IMG/VR virus record: IMGVR_UViG_2734482531_000002
Source of the DNA: a virus
Lineage: Duplodnaviria > Heunggongvirae > Uroviricota > Caudoviricetes
Length of the DNA: 20,256 bases
Reading direction: 5' to 3' (one strand)
Part shown: piece by piece, positions 1 to 9,404 of the stretch
Numbering within the stretch: the first letter of the stretch is position 1
Layout of the letters: each line of letters starts with the position of its first letter
The notes under the pieces: generated by a model
Database searches by the model: none
What the model was told of the DNA's origin: nothing
What the model saw: only the letters and a program-made list of their open reading frames with translations
Program-made: the position numbers and the translations under genes

Positions 1-120
1 GGTCCGGGCATGAAGATACCCCGCGCTCAGCGTGGACTGATGTTCAGACGCCCATGCAGGCGCACCGGATACGGCCAGGCAAATGGCTGCGGACAAAATG
101 GCTGCACAAACTTTACGCAT
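1..120 (-). CDS. Lom/Ail/PagC-family outer-membrane protein, 5' fragment (gene continues beyond window start)
   Basis: Minus-strand ATG at 118-120 preceded by GAGAGG Shine-Dalgarno (~126-131). Translation MRKVCAAILSAAICLAVSGAPAWASEHQSTLSAGYLHAR looks like a signal peptide plus first beta-strand of Lom/Ail-type barrels. It sits where lom lies downstream of J in lambda. Not in the ORF track because it is truncated by the window edge. Confidence 0.55.
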   Translation of the reverse strand, partial: MRKVCAAILSAAICLAVSGAPAWASEHQSTLSAGYLHART

Positions 121-144
121 AATTACCTCTCGCTTTTCTGCAAT

Positions 145-168
145 AAAAAAGGCGTCATTCCTGACGCC
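145..168 (-). terminator. Rho-independent terminator downstream of J
   Basis: Inverted repeat GGCGTCA (151-157) / TGACGCC (162-168) with a 4-nt loop; on the minus strand the stem is followed by a T6 run (plus-strand A6 at 145-150). Lies 23 nt past the J stop codon. Confidence 0.6.
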
Positions 169-190
169 ATTTATTGGGGTTATAAATATT

Positions 191-3100
191 TCAACGAATA
201 CTGATGCCGGAAGCCGCTTTTTTGGTCACAATCACCGTACAGTCGGTGATATTGCCTGCCCCCTGATTGCCTTTCTGGAAAATCTTAAACTCCAGAGTGA
301 CGCTACCACCACCACTAGGCATATCAATAACTGCACTGTAACTACCGGGAATGGCACCTTTAGTTTCTCTGGATGCGATTAATACGCCGTTTTTGCGAAC
401 TTCAAAACCATAACCCGTGTATCGCGTGCCTCCTGGGTTATTTCCGCTCCCCGGATCGTCATACGCTATACCGTTAAAAATAATGGGCGGAATAATAATC
501 TGGCGGTCAAAGTTATGATCATCGCTTATGGTGACTGTAACCGTCCCGTTTGGTGTTTCCGTGTTACCCCACGTACCAGCCTGTTTCGGAAATGATTTGG
601 ATACAGCTTTAACGAAGTCACCTCTGACCTGAGTCGCCTCCAGCATGCCCTTAATCGTACAGTTTTCATTTACCGTGACATTGTTGAGCGTCCCGGCGTT
701 CGCATTCACACTGCCACTGATATCCGCATTTTTAGCGGTCAGCTTTCCGTCCGGAGTCAGGGAAAATGCCGATGGATTTCCACCGCTGGTAATGGTGGGG
801 GCCGTCAGGCGTTTCAGGAACACGTCGTTCATGAATATCTGATCGCCCTGACCAACAAACATCGGTTTTGTGTTGCCATTCGCAGGATTAACCATCGCAA
901 TCCTGTCCGCCGCCAGCAGCACCTGACTCTGCATGCCGTCAGGGGTGTTCTCAATACCGGCACCAATACCCGCGATATAAAGGCGTCCGTCCTGCATCTG
1001 CTGCAGCTTCACAGCCCACATGCTGTTCAGGTTATTATTTGTATCAACCTGAACCTTCTGTATCTGCTGAATTGCCGCACTCTGGTCTTCCAGTTTCTTA
1101 TTGACGGTCTGCGTGATTTCATTGCTGACATCCGTAATGGACGTCCTGATTTCAGCCAGGTCAGGCGCAAGCTGACCGTTATCAATCTGCGTCCACAGCT
1201 CCTGAGCCAGATGGGTTTTCCCTATCTCGCCTTTGAAAAAATCCAGATAACCGGATGCATCATCACTCGGCTGACCAACAGCCTCCACGAATGCCGATTT
1301 GCCAACGGTGTTCACACTGCGGATATAAAAGTAATAATCATGGCCCGGTTTGATATTGATACTGGCGGCTATCCAGTACAGCGCCGTGCCAAGATAGCGT
1401 GCTGTGGTTTCAACCTGCCTGATATCCGCAATCCGCTTTTCCGAGAACCAGAACTCAAACTGTACCGTCGGATCATAAACCGCAAGATGCGGCGTGGCGG
1501 TTATCTGAAAATAGCCCGGCGTCAGCTCAATCCGCGACAGCGCTGCCGGTGCGGCAATCCGGAACGATACCGACGCCGGATCGCCCTGCTGCCCCCACGC
1601 ATTTACTGCCCGGACTGTCAGCCTGTAGTTCCCCAGCGCCAGTTGTGTGAAGCGGTAAGTGGTTTCCGTCGTCCGGGCCGTGCTGACCAGCCGCTCACTG
1701 CCGTCATCCGCTGTTACGGTCAGACGGAGCAGGAAGCTCACGCCCTTCACCACCTTCGGCGTGTCCCAGCGCGCCAGCACCTGATATTCCCCGCTGTCTG
1801 CGGTGACTTCGGCAGTCAGGTGCTGCACCGCTGGCGGCGTGACACCATTCACCGTGCCGCTCTGGTCGCCGTCAAAGTGCGCCCCGTTATCCACGATGGC
1901 TTCTTTTTCCGGCACATGCTGCACGGCGGTGATGGCATACGTGCCGTCGTCGTTCTCACGGATACTCACGCAGCGGAACAATCGCTGGTGCAGCGTCGGC
2001 AGCTTCAGCCCCCACACGCTGTATTCAGCAACACCGTCAGGAACACGGCTCACTTTTACCTTCACGCCGTCGGTGACGGACTGGACCTCCACGCTGACCG
2101 GATTCCCCTGCCCGTCAACCAGGCTTATCAGCGTGGTGCCGGAGGATGGCAGCGTGATTTCACGGTCGAGCGTCAGCGTCCGGGTCTGGCTGTTCACCGC
2201 CAGCACGCGCCCGCCGGTGCGGATACCGGCATAGTCATCATCGCAGATTTCAATGACATCGCCCGGTACATGACGAAGCCCTTCAGCACCCACGCTGAAA
2301 TCCACGGTCTGCGTCTCCAGCAGTTCCGTTTTAATCAGCCACAGCCCGGCGCGGTGTGCCTGCCCCCGGCTGGTACAGCCAAAGGCATCCATCTTCGTGA
2401 CGTTACGACCGTAACGGACAATGGCCTGCGTATCCTCCACAAGCTCTGTCGCCGTCTCCCAGCCGTTATCCGGGTCAATCCAGTTCACCTCAACGGCATT
2501 ATGGCGGTCTTTCAGGGCGCTGAAACTGTAGCGGAACGGCGCGCCATCATCCGGCATCACCACATTACTGCGGTTATAGGCCCACACCTTATCCGACTGT
2601 CGGTCCTGCACGAACGTCAGCGTCTGCCCGTTCCATACCGGCATACAGCGCATCGCCGAGCAGAAATCACTGAGCACATCCCACGCCTTGCGCTGTGTGG
2701 TCAGCCAGGCATTACAGGTGATGCGCGGCTCCGTGCTGCCAAAGCCGTCCGGCACCGACTGGTCACAGTACTGGCCGATGACATACAGCGCCCATTTATC
2801 CACATCTGCCGCACCAAGACGTTTCCCCATGCCATAGCGCGGATGGGTCAGCATATCCCACAGACACCAGGCCATGTTGTTGCTGTATGCCGGTTTTAAC
2901 GTTCCGTCCCAGATACCGCTGTATTGCCGCGTCTGCGGATTATAGTTCGACGGCACCTGCAGAATGCGCCCGCGAAGATGATAATTACGGCTCACCTGCT
3001 GGCTGCCGAACTGCTCCGAATCCACCTGTACGCCGACCAGTGCCGTGTTCGGGTAGCACTGTTTCACATCGATGATTTCGGTGTATGACGACCAGAGCGT

Positions 3101-3688
3101 TTTGTTCTGCAGCTGGTCTGTGGTGCTGTCCGGCGTCATTCTGCGCATCCGGATATTAAACGGGCGCGGCGGCAGGTTATCCACCACCACCGAGACCAGA
3201 TACTGCGAGGTGGTTTTGCCCTTAATGGTGATGTCTTTTTCCGTCACCCAGCCACCGTTACGCTGTATCTGAACCAGCAGGCGAACTTCAGACGGATTCC
3301 TGTCTCCCTTTGAGGTGGTTTCCACCAGTGCCTGTACACCGAAGGTAAAGCGCAGACGGTCGATGTTTGCCGACGTGATGGTCCGGGTGATCGGCGTGTC
3401 ATATTTCACTTCCGTACCCAGCACCGTCTCGGAGCCGGAGGATTCAAATCCCTCCGGCGGTGACTGCTCCTGCTCACCTGCCCGGAACACCACCGTGACG
3501 CCGGAGATGTTGGTATTCCCCTCACTGTCCAGCACCGGCGTACTGTTCAGCAGCACGCTTTTTAATCCATCCACCGGACCTTCAACCGGCCCTTCGCTGA
3601 TGGCATCGATCACACTCAGCAGCTGCGTGGACTTCAGGTTGTCCTTCGCTTCGCGCGGGGTATGCCCCTTACTGCTGCCTTTACCCAT
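191..3688 (-). CDS. J: Tail tip / host-specificity protein J (central tail fibre), 1165 aa
   Basis: Full-length ORF; the N-terminal ~820 aa are recognisably lambda gpJ ([24 protein letters not shown]...). GGAG RBS 8 nt upstream of the ATG. The C-terminal ~350 aa diverge from lambda J (see findings). Confidence 0.96.
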   Translation of the reverse strand: MGKGSSKGHTPREAKDNLKSTQLLSVIDAISEGPVEGPVDGLKSVLLNSTPVLDSEGNTNISGVTVVFRAGEQEQSPPEGFESSGSETVLGTEVKYDTPITRTITSANIDRLRFTFGVQALVETTSKGDRNPSEVRLLVQIQRNGGWVTEKDITIKGKTTSQYLVSVVVDNLPPRPFNIRMRRMTPDSTTDQLQNKTLWSSYTEIIDVKQCYPNTALVGVQVDSEQFGSQQVSRNYHLRGRILQVPSNYNPQTRQYSGIWDGTLKPAYSNNMAWCLWDMLTHPRYGMGKRLGAADVDKWALYVIGQYCDQSVPDGFGSTEPRITCNAWLTTQRKAWDVLSDFCSAMRCMPVWNGQTLTFVQDRQSDKVWAYNRSNVVMPDDGAPFRYSFSALKDRHNAVEVNWIDPDNGWETATELVEDTQAIVRYGRNVTKMDAFGCTSRGQAHRAGLWLIKTELLETQTVDFSVGAEGLRHVPGDVIEICDDDYAGIRTGGRVLAVNSQTRTLTLDREITLPSSGTTLISLVDGQGNPVSVEVQSVTDGVKVKVSRVPDGVAEYSVWGLKLPTLHQRLFRCVSIRENDDGTYAITAVQHVPEKEAIVDNGAHFDGDQSGTVNGVTPPAVQHLTAEVTADSGEYQVLARWDTPKVVKGVSFLLRLTVTADDGSERLVSTARTTETTYRFTQLALGNYRLTVRAVNAWGQQGDPASVSFRIAAPAALSRIELTPGYFQITATPHLAVYDPTVQFEFWFSEKRIADIRQVETTARYLGTALYWIAASINIKPGHDYYFYIRSVNTVGKSAFVEAVGQPSDDASGYLDFFKGEIGKTHLAQELWTQIDNGQLAPDLAEIRTSITDVSNEITQTVNKKLEDQSAAIQQIQKVQVDTNNNLNSMWAVKLQQMQDGRLYIAGIGAGIENTPDGMQSQVLLAADRIAMVNPANGNTKPMFVGQGDQIFMNDVFLKRLTAPTITSGGNPSAFSLTPDGKLTAKNADISGSVNANAGTLNNVTVNENCTIKGMLEATQVRGDFVKAVSKSFPKQAGTWGNTETPNGTVTVTISDDHNFDRQIIIPPIIFNGIAYDDPGSGNNPGGTRYTGYGFEVRKNGVLIASRETKGAIPGSYSAVIDMPSGGGSVTLEFKIFQKGNQGAGNITDCTVIVTKKAASGISIR

Positions 3689-3748
3689 TCGTCATGCTCC
3701 ATAAACGATAAAACCGCCCGGAGGCGATTTCACATAAAACATTTTGCA

Positions 3749-4307
3749 TCAGCGACCAATCACCACAACCTGACCACCGTCCCCTTCGTCTGCCGTGCTG
3801 ATCTCCTGAGATACCACACGTGACCCCACGCGCATTTCACCATACAGAACAGGCATAACATTGCCCTGGGCAACCATGTTATCCAGTGAGGAGAAATAGG
3901 TGTTCTGCTTACCGTTATCCGTTGTCTGTGTGCGGGGAGTTCTGGCTTTCGGTGCCAGCATCTGAGCCACACCGCCGAGCACCATACTGGCACCGAGAGA
4001 AAACAGAATGCCGGTCATACCACCGGCACCAATGGCAGCCCCCCATGCTGCAAGGGTGGCTCCGGCGGTAAAGAATGATCCGGCAATGGCGGCTGCTCCC
4101 AGGACAATCTGGAATACACCACCTGACTTGGCCCCGGCGACTCTGGGAACAATATGAATCACAGCGCCGTCAGGCAGAGCCTCATGTAACTGTGCCGTTA
4201 ATCCGGACGTGCTAACATCCTGCCCGGCAATACGCACCTGATACCAGCCGTCGCTCAGCTTCTGACGAAACGCAGGGAGCTGTGTGGCCATCGCCCGGAT
4301 GGCTTCG
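3749..4307 (-). CDS. I: Tail tip assembly protein I, C-terminal ~186 aa visible; 5' end falls in the N gap
   Basis: Frame reads ...EAIRAMATQLPAFRQKLSDGWYQVRIAG...GDGGQVVVIGR, matching the gpI C-terminus including the Gly/Ala-rich segment. The ORF-track X residues are translated Ns. Confidence 0.85.
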
Positions 4308-4582
4308 NNNNNNNNNNNNNNNNNNNNNNNNNNNNNNNNNNNNNNNNNNNNNNNNNNNNNNNNNNNNNNNNNNNNNNNNNNNNNNNNNNNNNNNNNNNNN
4401 NNNNNNNNNNNNNNNNNNNNNNNNNNNNNNNNNNNNNNNNNNNNNNNNNNNNNNNNNNNNNNNNNNNNNNNNNNNNNNNNNNNNNNNNNNNNNNNNNNNN
4501 NNNNNNNNNNNNNNNNNNNNNNNNNNNNNNNNNNNNNNNNNNNNNNNNNNNNNNNNNNNNNNNNNNNNNNNNNNNNNNNNNN
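4308..4582. other. Assembly gap (275 N)
   Basis: Uninterrupted run of n characters. It bridges the 3' end of K and the 5' end of I and creates artificial X-containing ORFs in the track. Confidence 0.98.
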
Positions 4583-4967
4583 AAGCATCCCGGAACAGCG
4601 TGTAACAGTCCGTCACCCCGTGCTCAAAGCGCCGCCCGGTAAGATGTGGCACACAGCGGAACTTGTGAATCGCCCCCCGGCAGACCAGCCACCACGGCAA
4701 ATCACTCTGCACCTGCAGCCGCCGGTCGGCCTCACTCAGCCAGGGCAGACCACCGGGGTGGCTGTGGACCAGTGCCACAATCTCACCCTGCATCTCTGCC
4801 TGCAGCCAGTCTTCCGGCGACATACGGAAATACGCCTCCGGCTCACCGGAGATATTCACGCAGGGGAAATATCTTTCCCCCTCCGGCGTTCTTACCACGA
4901 AGCCGCACGACTCCGCTGGAGCACATCGCCGGGCGTGCGCCAGAATCGCTGATTCTGTCTCTGTCAT
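4583..4967 (-). CDS. K: Tail tip assembly protein K (Mov34/NlpC-P60-like), N-terminal ~128 aa visible; 3' end in the N gap
   Basis: MTETESAILAHARRCAPAESCGFVV...HSHPGG...CYTLFRDA matches the gpK N-terminus. The start lies 6 nt downstream of the L stop. Confidence 0.85.
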
Positions 4968-4972
4968 GGGAT

Positions 4973-5671
4973 TTACTGCGAAAGTTTGTTAATGGAAAGG
5001 AAGCCGCCAAAGTTGCCGACGTTATTGCGAAACTTACAGCCACTCAGGCATTTGCTGCATTTATCCTTCGTGATGTCGGACGTTGGCTGGTCATATTCAT
5101 CCGCGACCGCCGGACCGTGATAACCGCACTCATCGCCGCGATAGGTCCAGGTGCAGGTGTTGGCCAGCATGATACGTCCCGGAAAAACAGCGCCATCTGT
5201 TTCCGTCGGCGTGGACAGTACAAAAGAGGCACTCACCGCGCTCAGTTCGCTGCACTGCTCAATGCGCCAGCGGCTGATCACCTCCTGCTCCGGATCGGCG
5301 TCACTGTTTCCGTTGACGAAGTTCACCGCATCCAGAAAACGGGCGTAAACCTTACGCCGGACCACCGTTCCGCCGACCAGACTCTGTAGATCTTCCGCCA
5401 TCCCGGTGACCATACCGTACAGGTTAGAAACCATCAGCGTGGGGCGCGTACTGGTGCCTTTGCCATTCAGTTCAAAACCACTCCCCTGAATGGGATACGG
5501 CTGATACTGTCGCCCCTGCCAGGTGACCGGCTCACCTTTTTCGTTCTGCTCATTACAGAAAAAATAACGTTCTCCACCGACCTCTGTCAGATCGATTTCC
5601 CAGAGCACCACGCTGGCCGACTGCTCCGCACGGGTGCATTCATTCAGTGTTTCCTGCCGGATATCCTGCAT
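4973..5671 (-). CDS. L: Tail tip assembly protein L, 232 aa
   Basis: Full ORF, lambda gpL-like (MQDIRQETLNECTRAEQSASVVLWEIDLTEVGGERYFFC...), with the Cys-rich C-terminus. ATG overlaps the M stop (ATGA). Confidence 0.95.
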   Translation of the reverse strand: MQDIRQETLNECTRAEQSASVVLWEIDLTEVGGERYFFCNEQNEKGEPVTWQGRQYQPYPIQGSGFELNGKGTSTRPTLMVSNLYGMVTGMAEDLQSLVGGTVVRRKVYARFLDAVNFVNGNSDADPEQEVISRWRIEQCSELSAVSASFVLSTPTETDGAVFPGRIMLANTCTWTYRGDECGYHGPAVADEYDQPTSDITKDKCSKCLSGCKFRNNVGNFGGFLSINKLSQ

Positions 5672-6000
5672 CAGTTCACCACCTGTTCAAACTCTGCGCT
5701 GAACTCAACACGCAGCATACTGACCCGCGACGACCATTTTGCGCAGGTCACCTTTATCTGCCGCCACTCATAAGGCGGCGTCCACAGAAAGGCTTTCCAG
5801 CCCCCGTGCTCTTCCAGAAACGACTCCAGTACCATGGCCTCCTCACGGGGGACAGAAAGCGTCACGCTGTACGTTTTCAGGTTGGCATTCAGCCCGGCAG
5901 GCGCTCGCTGGGAATAGCCATCACCAAAGCGCACCTTTCTTACAGAAGGGGCCGAAGCCACATCCATACCGGGTTTCACTTTCCAGCGGAAGGTTTTCAT
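5671..6000 (-). CDS. M: Tail tip assembly protein M, 109 aa
   Basis: Full ORF, lambda gpM-like (MKTFRWKVKPGMDVASAPSVRKVRFGDGYSQRAPAG...). 4-nt overlap with H. Confidence 0.95.
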   Translation of the reverse strand: MKTFRWKVKPGMDVASAPSVRKVRFGDGYSQRAPAGLNANLKTYSVTLSVPREEAMVLESFLEEHGGWKAFLWTPPYEWRQIKVTCAKWSSRVSMLRVEFSAEFEQVVN

Positions 6001-8558
6001 CGTCCACCTCCGGAGAACAGGCCACCATCACGCATCTGTGTCTGAATTTCATCACGGGCACCCTTGCGGGCCATGTCATACACGGCCTTCATCATCTGTG
6101 GACCTGGCAGACCATTCGTACCGTCGTTCTGAATCACCACGTGATTGTTCTGATTAAAATTAATGCCTTCAGCCCGCCGCATCTGCGCCGGACTTCCGGC
6201 ACCGCCCACATAACCACCTTCCGCATAGCCGCGCATCAGCCGGTAGAGATTCCCCACGCCAATCCGGCTGGTTGCCTCCTTCGTGAAGACAAATTCACCA
6301 CGGTGAACAATCCCCGCTGGCTCATATTTGCCGCCGGTTCCCGTAAATCCCCCGGTTGCAAAATGGAATTTCACCGCAGCGGCCTGAATGGCTGTACCAC
6401 CTGACGCGGATGCGCCGCCACCAACAGCCCCGCCAATGGCGCTGCCGATACTCCCGACAATCCCCACCATTGCCTGCTTAAGCAGAATTTCTGTCATCAT
6501 GGACAGCACGGAGCGGGTGAAGCTGCGCCAGTTCTGTTCACTGCCGGTCAGCATCGCCGCCATATTCTGTGCAATACCATCAAAGGTCTGCGTGGCTGCA
6601 CTTTTAACCTGTGACATACTGTCCGTGGCGCTCTCTTCCCACTCACTCCAGCCGGACTTCAGGCCTGCCATCCAGCTCCCGCGAAGCTGGTCTTCAGCCG
6701 CCCAGGTCTTTTTCTGCTCTGACATGACGTTATTCAGCGCCAGAGGATTATCGCCATACTGTTCCTTCAGGCGCTGTTCCGTGGCTTCCCGCGCTGCCTG
6801 CCGGTCAGTCAGCCCCCGGTTTTTCGCATCAATGGCTGCCCGTTTTGCCCGTTGCTGCTGTGCGAATTTATCCGCCTGCTGCGCCAGCGCATTCAGGTGC
6901 TCCTGATACGTAACCTTGTCACCAAGTGCAGCCAGCTGGCGTTTGTACTCCAGCGTCTCGTCTTTATGCGCCAGCAGGGATTTCTCCTGTGCGGACAGCT
7001 GGCGACGTTGTGCCGCCTCCTCCAGTACCGCGAACTGACTTTCTGCCTTCCACAAATCCCGGCGCTGCTGGCTGATTTTCTCATTCGCTCCGGCATGCTT
7101 CTCCAGCGTCCGGAGTTCTGCCTGAAGCGTCAGCAGGGCCGCATGAGCACTGTCTTCCTGACGATCGCCCGCATACACCTTCACGCCGGACTGTTTCGGC
7201 TTTTTCAGCGTCGCTTCATAATCCTTTTTCGCCGCCGCCATCAGCGTGTTGTAATCTGCCTGCAGGATTTTTCCGTCTTTCAGTGCCTTGTTCAGTTCTT
7301 CCTGACGGGCGGTATATTTCTCCAGCGGCGTCTGCAGCCGTTCGTAAGCCTTCTGCGCCTCTTCGGTATATTTCAGCCGTGACGCTTCGGTATCGCTCTG
7401 CTGCTGCGCATTTTTGTCCTGTTGACGCTGTTGATCTACCCTCTTTTGGGCTGCATCCCGCTCCAGGCGTTTTTTTTCACGATCATCCCAGTAACGCGCC
7501 CGTGCTTCATCGTTAACGAAATAATCATCCTTGCGCAGATTCCAGATGTCGTCTGCTTTCTTAAACGCAGCCTCTGCCTTAATCAGCATCTCCTGCGCGG
7601 TATCAGGACGACCAATATCCAGCACCGCATCCCACATGGATTTGAATGCACGTGCAGTCCTGTCTGCCCAGGTCTCCAGCGTGCCCATGTTCTCTTTCAG
7701 GCGGCGGGTCTGGTCATCAAACCCTTTCGTTGCGGCCTCGTTCGCCGCCTGCAATGCCCCGGCTTCATCGCCGGAACGCTGCAACTGAGCAACATACGCA
7801 ATCTGCTCCGCCGTCACGTTATGGAACTGGCGTGCCATCGCCGTCAGCCCCGACGTCGGGTCTGTGGTCAGCTTCCCGAAGGCTTCAGCGACCTTGTCCA
7901 CCTCCACGCCGGATGCATAGGAGAAACGCGCCACACTCTGGCTGATGGACGCAATCTGAGCCTCACCGCTTACCCCCGCCTTAACCAGTGCGCTGAGTGA
8001 CTCGCTGGTCTGGTTAAACGTCAGCCCTGCCGCCTGCCCGGCTCTGGACAGGACCAGCATACGATCTGCCGTCAGTCCCGCCTGATTACCGGAAAGGACC
8101 AGCGTTTTGTTGAAATCGGACAGGGTTGAGTTGCCCTGATACCAGGCATACGCCAGCGCACCGGTCGCCACCGCCAGCGAGGTGGCCCCCACCATCGGCA
8201 GGGTGATCGCGCCGGCAAGCCCCCTGAACATGGGGATCATCCCGCCGAAGGAGTCCTTAACCTGACCACCCTGTTGCAGCAGGATCAGCCAGGGATTCTG
8301 CCCCCCTGCAAGCTGCGTGGCCACGTCGGTGAACTGTGCAGGCAGCATACGCATGGCGGCTTTATACTGCCCGACGGAAATCCCCGCTTTCTGTGCAGCC
8401 AGCGCCTGTCGGCTCAGCGACTGTTCAACGACTGCCGCTGTTTTTTTCGCATCACTTTCCGTACCGGAAAAATGACGCCTGACTCTGGCCATCTGCTCGT
8501 CAAATCTGGCCGCATCCAGACTCAAATCAACGACCAGATCGCCTACCGGTTCAGCCAT
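5997..8558 (-). CDS. H: Tail tape-measure protein H, 853 aa
   Basis: Full ORF of the same length as lambda gpH. Ala/Gln/Arg-rich coiled-coil centre and Gly-rich C-terminus. Overlaps the T frame at its 5' end. Confidence 0.96.
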   Translation of the reverse strand: MAEPVGDLVVDLSLDAARFDEQMARVRRHFSGTESDAKKTAAVVEQSLSRQALAAQKAGISVGQYKAAMRMLPAQFTDVATQLAGGQNPWLILLQQGGQVKDSFGGMIPMFRGLAGAITLPMVGATSLAVATGALAYAWYQGNSTLSDFNKTLVLSGNQAGLTADRMLVLSRAGQAAGLTFNQTSESLSALVKAGVSGEAQIASISQSVARFSYASGVEVDKVAEAFGKLTTDPTSGLTAMARQFHNVTAEQIAYVAQLQRSGDEAGALQAANEAATKGFDDQTRRLKENMGTLETWADRTARAFKSMWDAVLDIGRPDTAQEMLIKAEAAFKKADDIWNLRKDDYFVNDEARARYWDDREKKRLERDAAQKRVDQQRQQDKNAQQQSDTEASRLKYTEEAQKAYERLQTPLEKYTARQEELNKALKDGKILQADYNTLMAAAKKDYEATLKKPKQSGVKVYAGDRQEDSAHAALLTLQAELRTLEKHAGANEKISQQRRDLWKAESQFAVLEEAAQRRQLSAQEKSLLAHKDETLEYKRQLAALGDKVTYQEHLNALAQQADKFAQQQRAKRAAIDAKNRGLTDRQAAREATEQRLKEQYGDNPLALNNVMSEQKKTWAAEDQLRGSWMAGLKSGWSEWEESATDSMSQVKSAATQTFDGIAQNMAAMLTGSEQNWRSFTRSVLSMMTEILLKQAMVGIVGSIGSAIGGAVGGGASASGGTAIQAAAVKFHFATGGFTGTGGKYEPAGIVHRGEFVFTKEATSRIGVGNLYRLMRGYAEGGYVGGAGSPAQMRRAEGINFNQNNHVVIQNDGTNGLPGPQMMKAVYDMARKGARDEIQTQMRDGGLFSGGGR

Positions 8559-9389
8559 ACCGGACTCCTCCTGCGATCCCTTCTGATACTGTCATCAGCA
8601 TTACGTCATCCTCCGTCATGTCCGCCACATCCGGGGAAGCGGGGATAACTTCATTCCCGTCCGGGCCAAAGCGGACACCTCCGGCAAGCCCTGCCGCTTT
8701 CTGCATCAGCACATCATCTTCAGGCTCTTCGTCAGCCTCGCGCCGGTTCAGCAGACTGAAATCCAGCGGATGCATCTCCGGATCGCTGAAAAACAGGCTG
8801 AGCACGGTGTACGTCAGCCCGGAAAAGTGCATATCCAGCAGAACATCATGAAAATAATGGGTACTGTAAAAGCGGTGCCAGTCGGCATACTCCGTGGATG
8901 ACATCCCGGCAAGCATGGCGCGCCAGTCGGGTCGCCCCATCTCACGCGCCAGTTTCAGGGCAAAACTCAGCTCACCGTCGAACACTTTCCCGCAGAAACA
9001 GGCTCTGCAGGCCCGGCGTCCTCTGCCTGTTCAGGAGCATCATTCACCACAAACTCATACATACCGGACAGCCGGTACACCACGTTTTCAGCATGAGAAA
9101 TTGCCTCTGTGGGCCAGGTGGTAAGCACTTCCTGCTCAATCTGTTTAACGGCTTCATTCATGGACGGCATCTGCGTCTTCTTCGGATGGTTATGCCACAG
9201 GGACATCGCAACCACAAAAGCGCCGGTTCTGATGGCGTCTTCCACAGTAAACTTCCGGTTGCTGTCTGACTCCGCCTGTTCTGCCTGCCGTTTCATCAGG
9301 TCGAGATGCTCAATACGCTGCAGGGCTGACAGTTCAGAAAGCGTGACGGTCACACCGTTATGTTCAAATGATTCGGTTTTCAGGAACAT
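8551..9389 (-). CDS. T: Tail assembly chaperone G-T fusion, made by a programmed -1 ribosomal frameshift at 8985-8991
   Basis: The T reading frame (8551-8985) has no start of its own other than a GTG inside the slippery site and lies in the -1 frame relative to G. The slippery heptamer G GGA AAG sits 16 nt before the G stop, as in lambda G/T. Confidence 0.85.
8967..9389 (-). CDS. G: Tail assembly chaperone G, 140 aa
   Basis: Full ORF MFLKTESFEHNGVTVTLSELSALQRIEHL...SAGKCSTVS, lambda gpG-like. Confidence 0.95.
   Translation of the reverse strand: MFLKTESFEHNGVTVTLSELSALQRIEHLDLMKRQAEQAESDSNRKFTVEDAIRTGAFVVAMSLWHNHPKKTQMPSMNEAVKQIEQEVLTTWPTEAISHAENVVYRLSGMYEFVVNDAPEQAEDAGPAEPVSAGKCSTVS
8985..8991 (-). 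promoter_or_regulatory. -1 programmed frameshift slippery heptamer GGGAAAG (X XXY YYZ = G GGA AAG)
   Basis: Plus strand CTTTCCC at 8985-8991 is GGGAAAG on the minus strand. In the G frame it reads G-GGA-AAG; after a -1 slip the reading continues GKVFDGELSF..., which is the T frame. Confidence 0.85.
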
Positions 9390-9404
9390 CGCTGACTCTC
9401 CGGA

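Noticed and set aside
10-382. Plus-strand ORFs 10-204 and 83-382 across the J/lom-like junction
   Set aside because: They run antisense through the lom-like start, the J terminator and the J 3' end; the translations show no protein-like features.
1211-2899. 562-aa plus-strand ORF inside J
   Set aside because: Antisense to a strongly supported, lambda-like J coding sequence. Long stop-free antisense frames are expected in GC-rich phage structural genes. The product is Arg/Pro/His-rich with no start context.
4646-5389. 247-aa plus-strand ORF overlapping K and L
   Set aside because: Antisense to K and L; low-complexity Pro/Ala/Arg-rich translation; no RBS.
6388-8000. Several 100-190-aa plus-strand ORFs inside H
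   Set aside because: All are antisense to the tape-measure gene and mutually overlapping; compositionally biased (Cys/Ser/Ala/Arg-rich); consistent with chance open frames.
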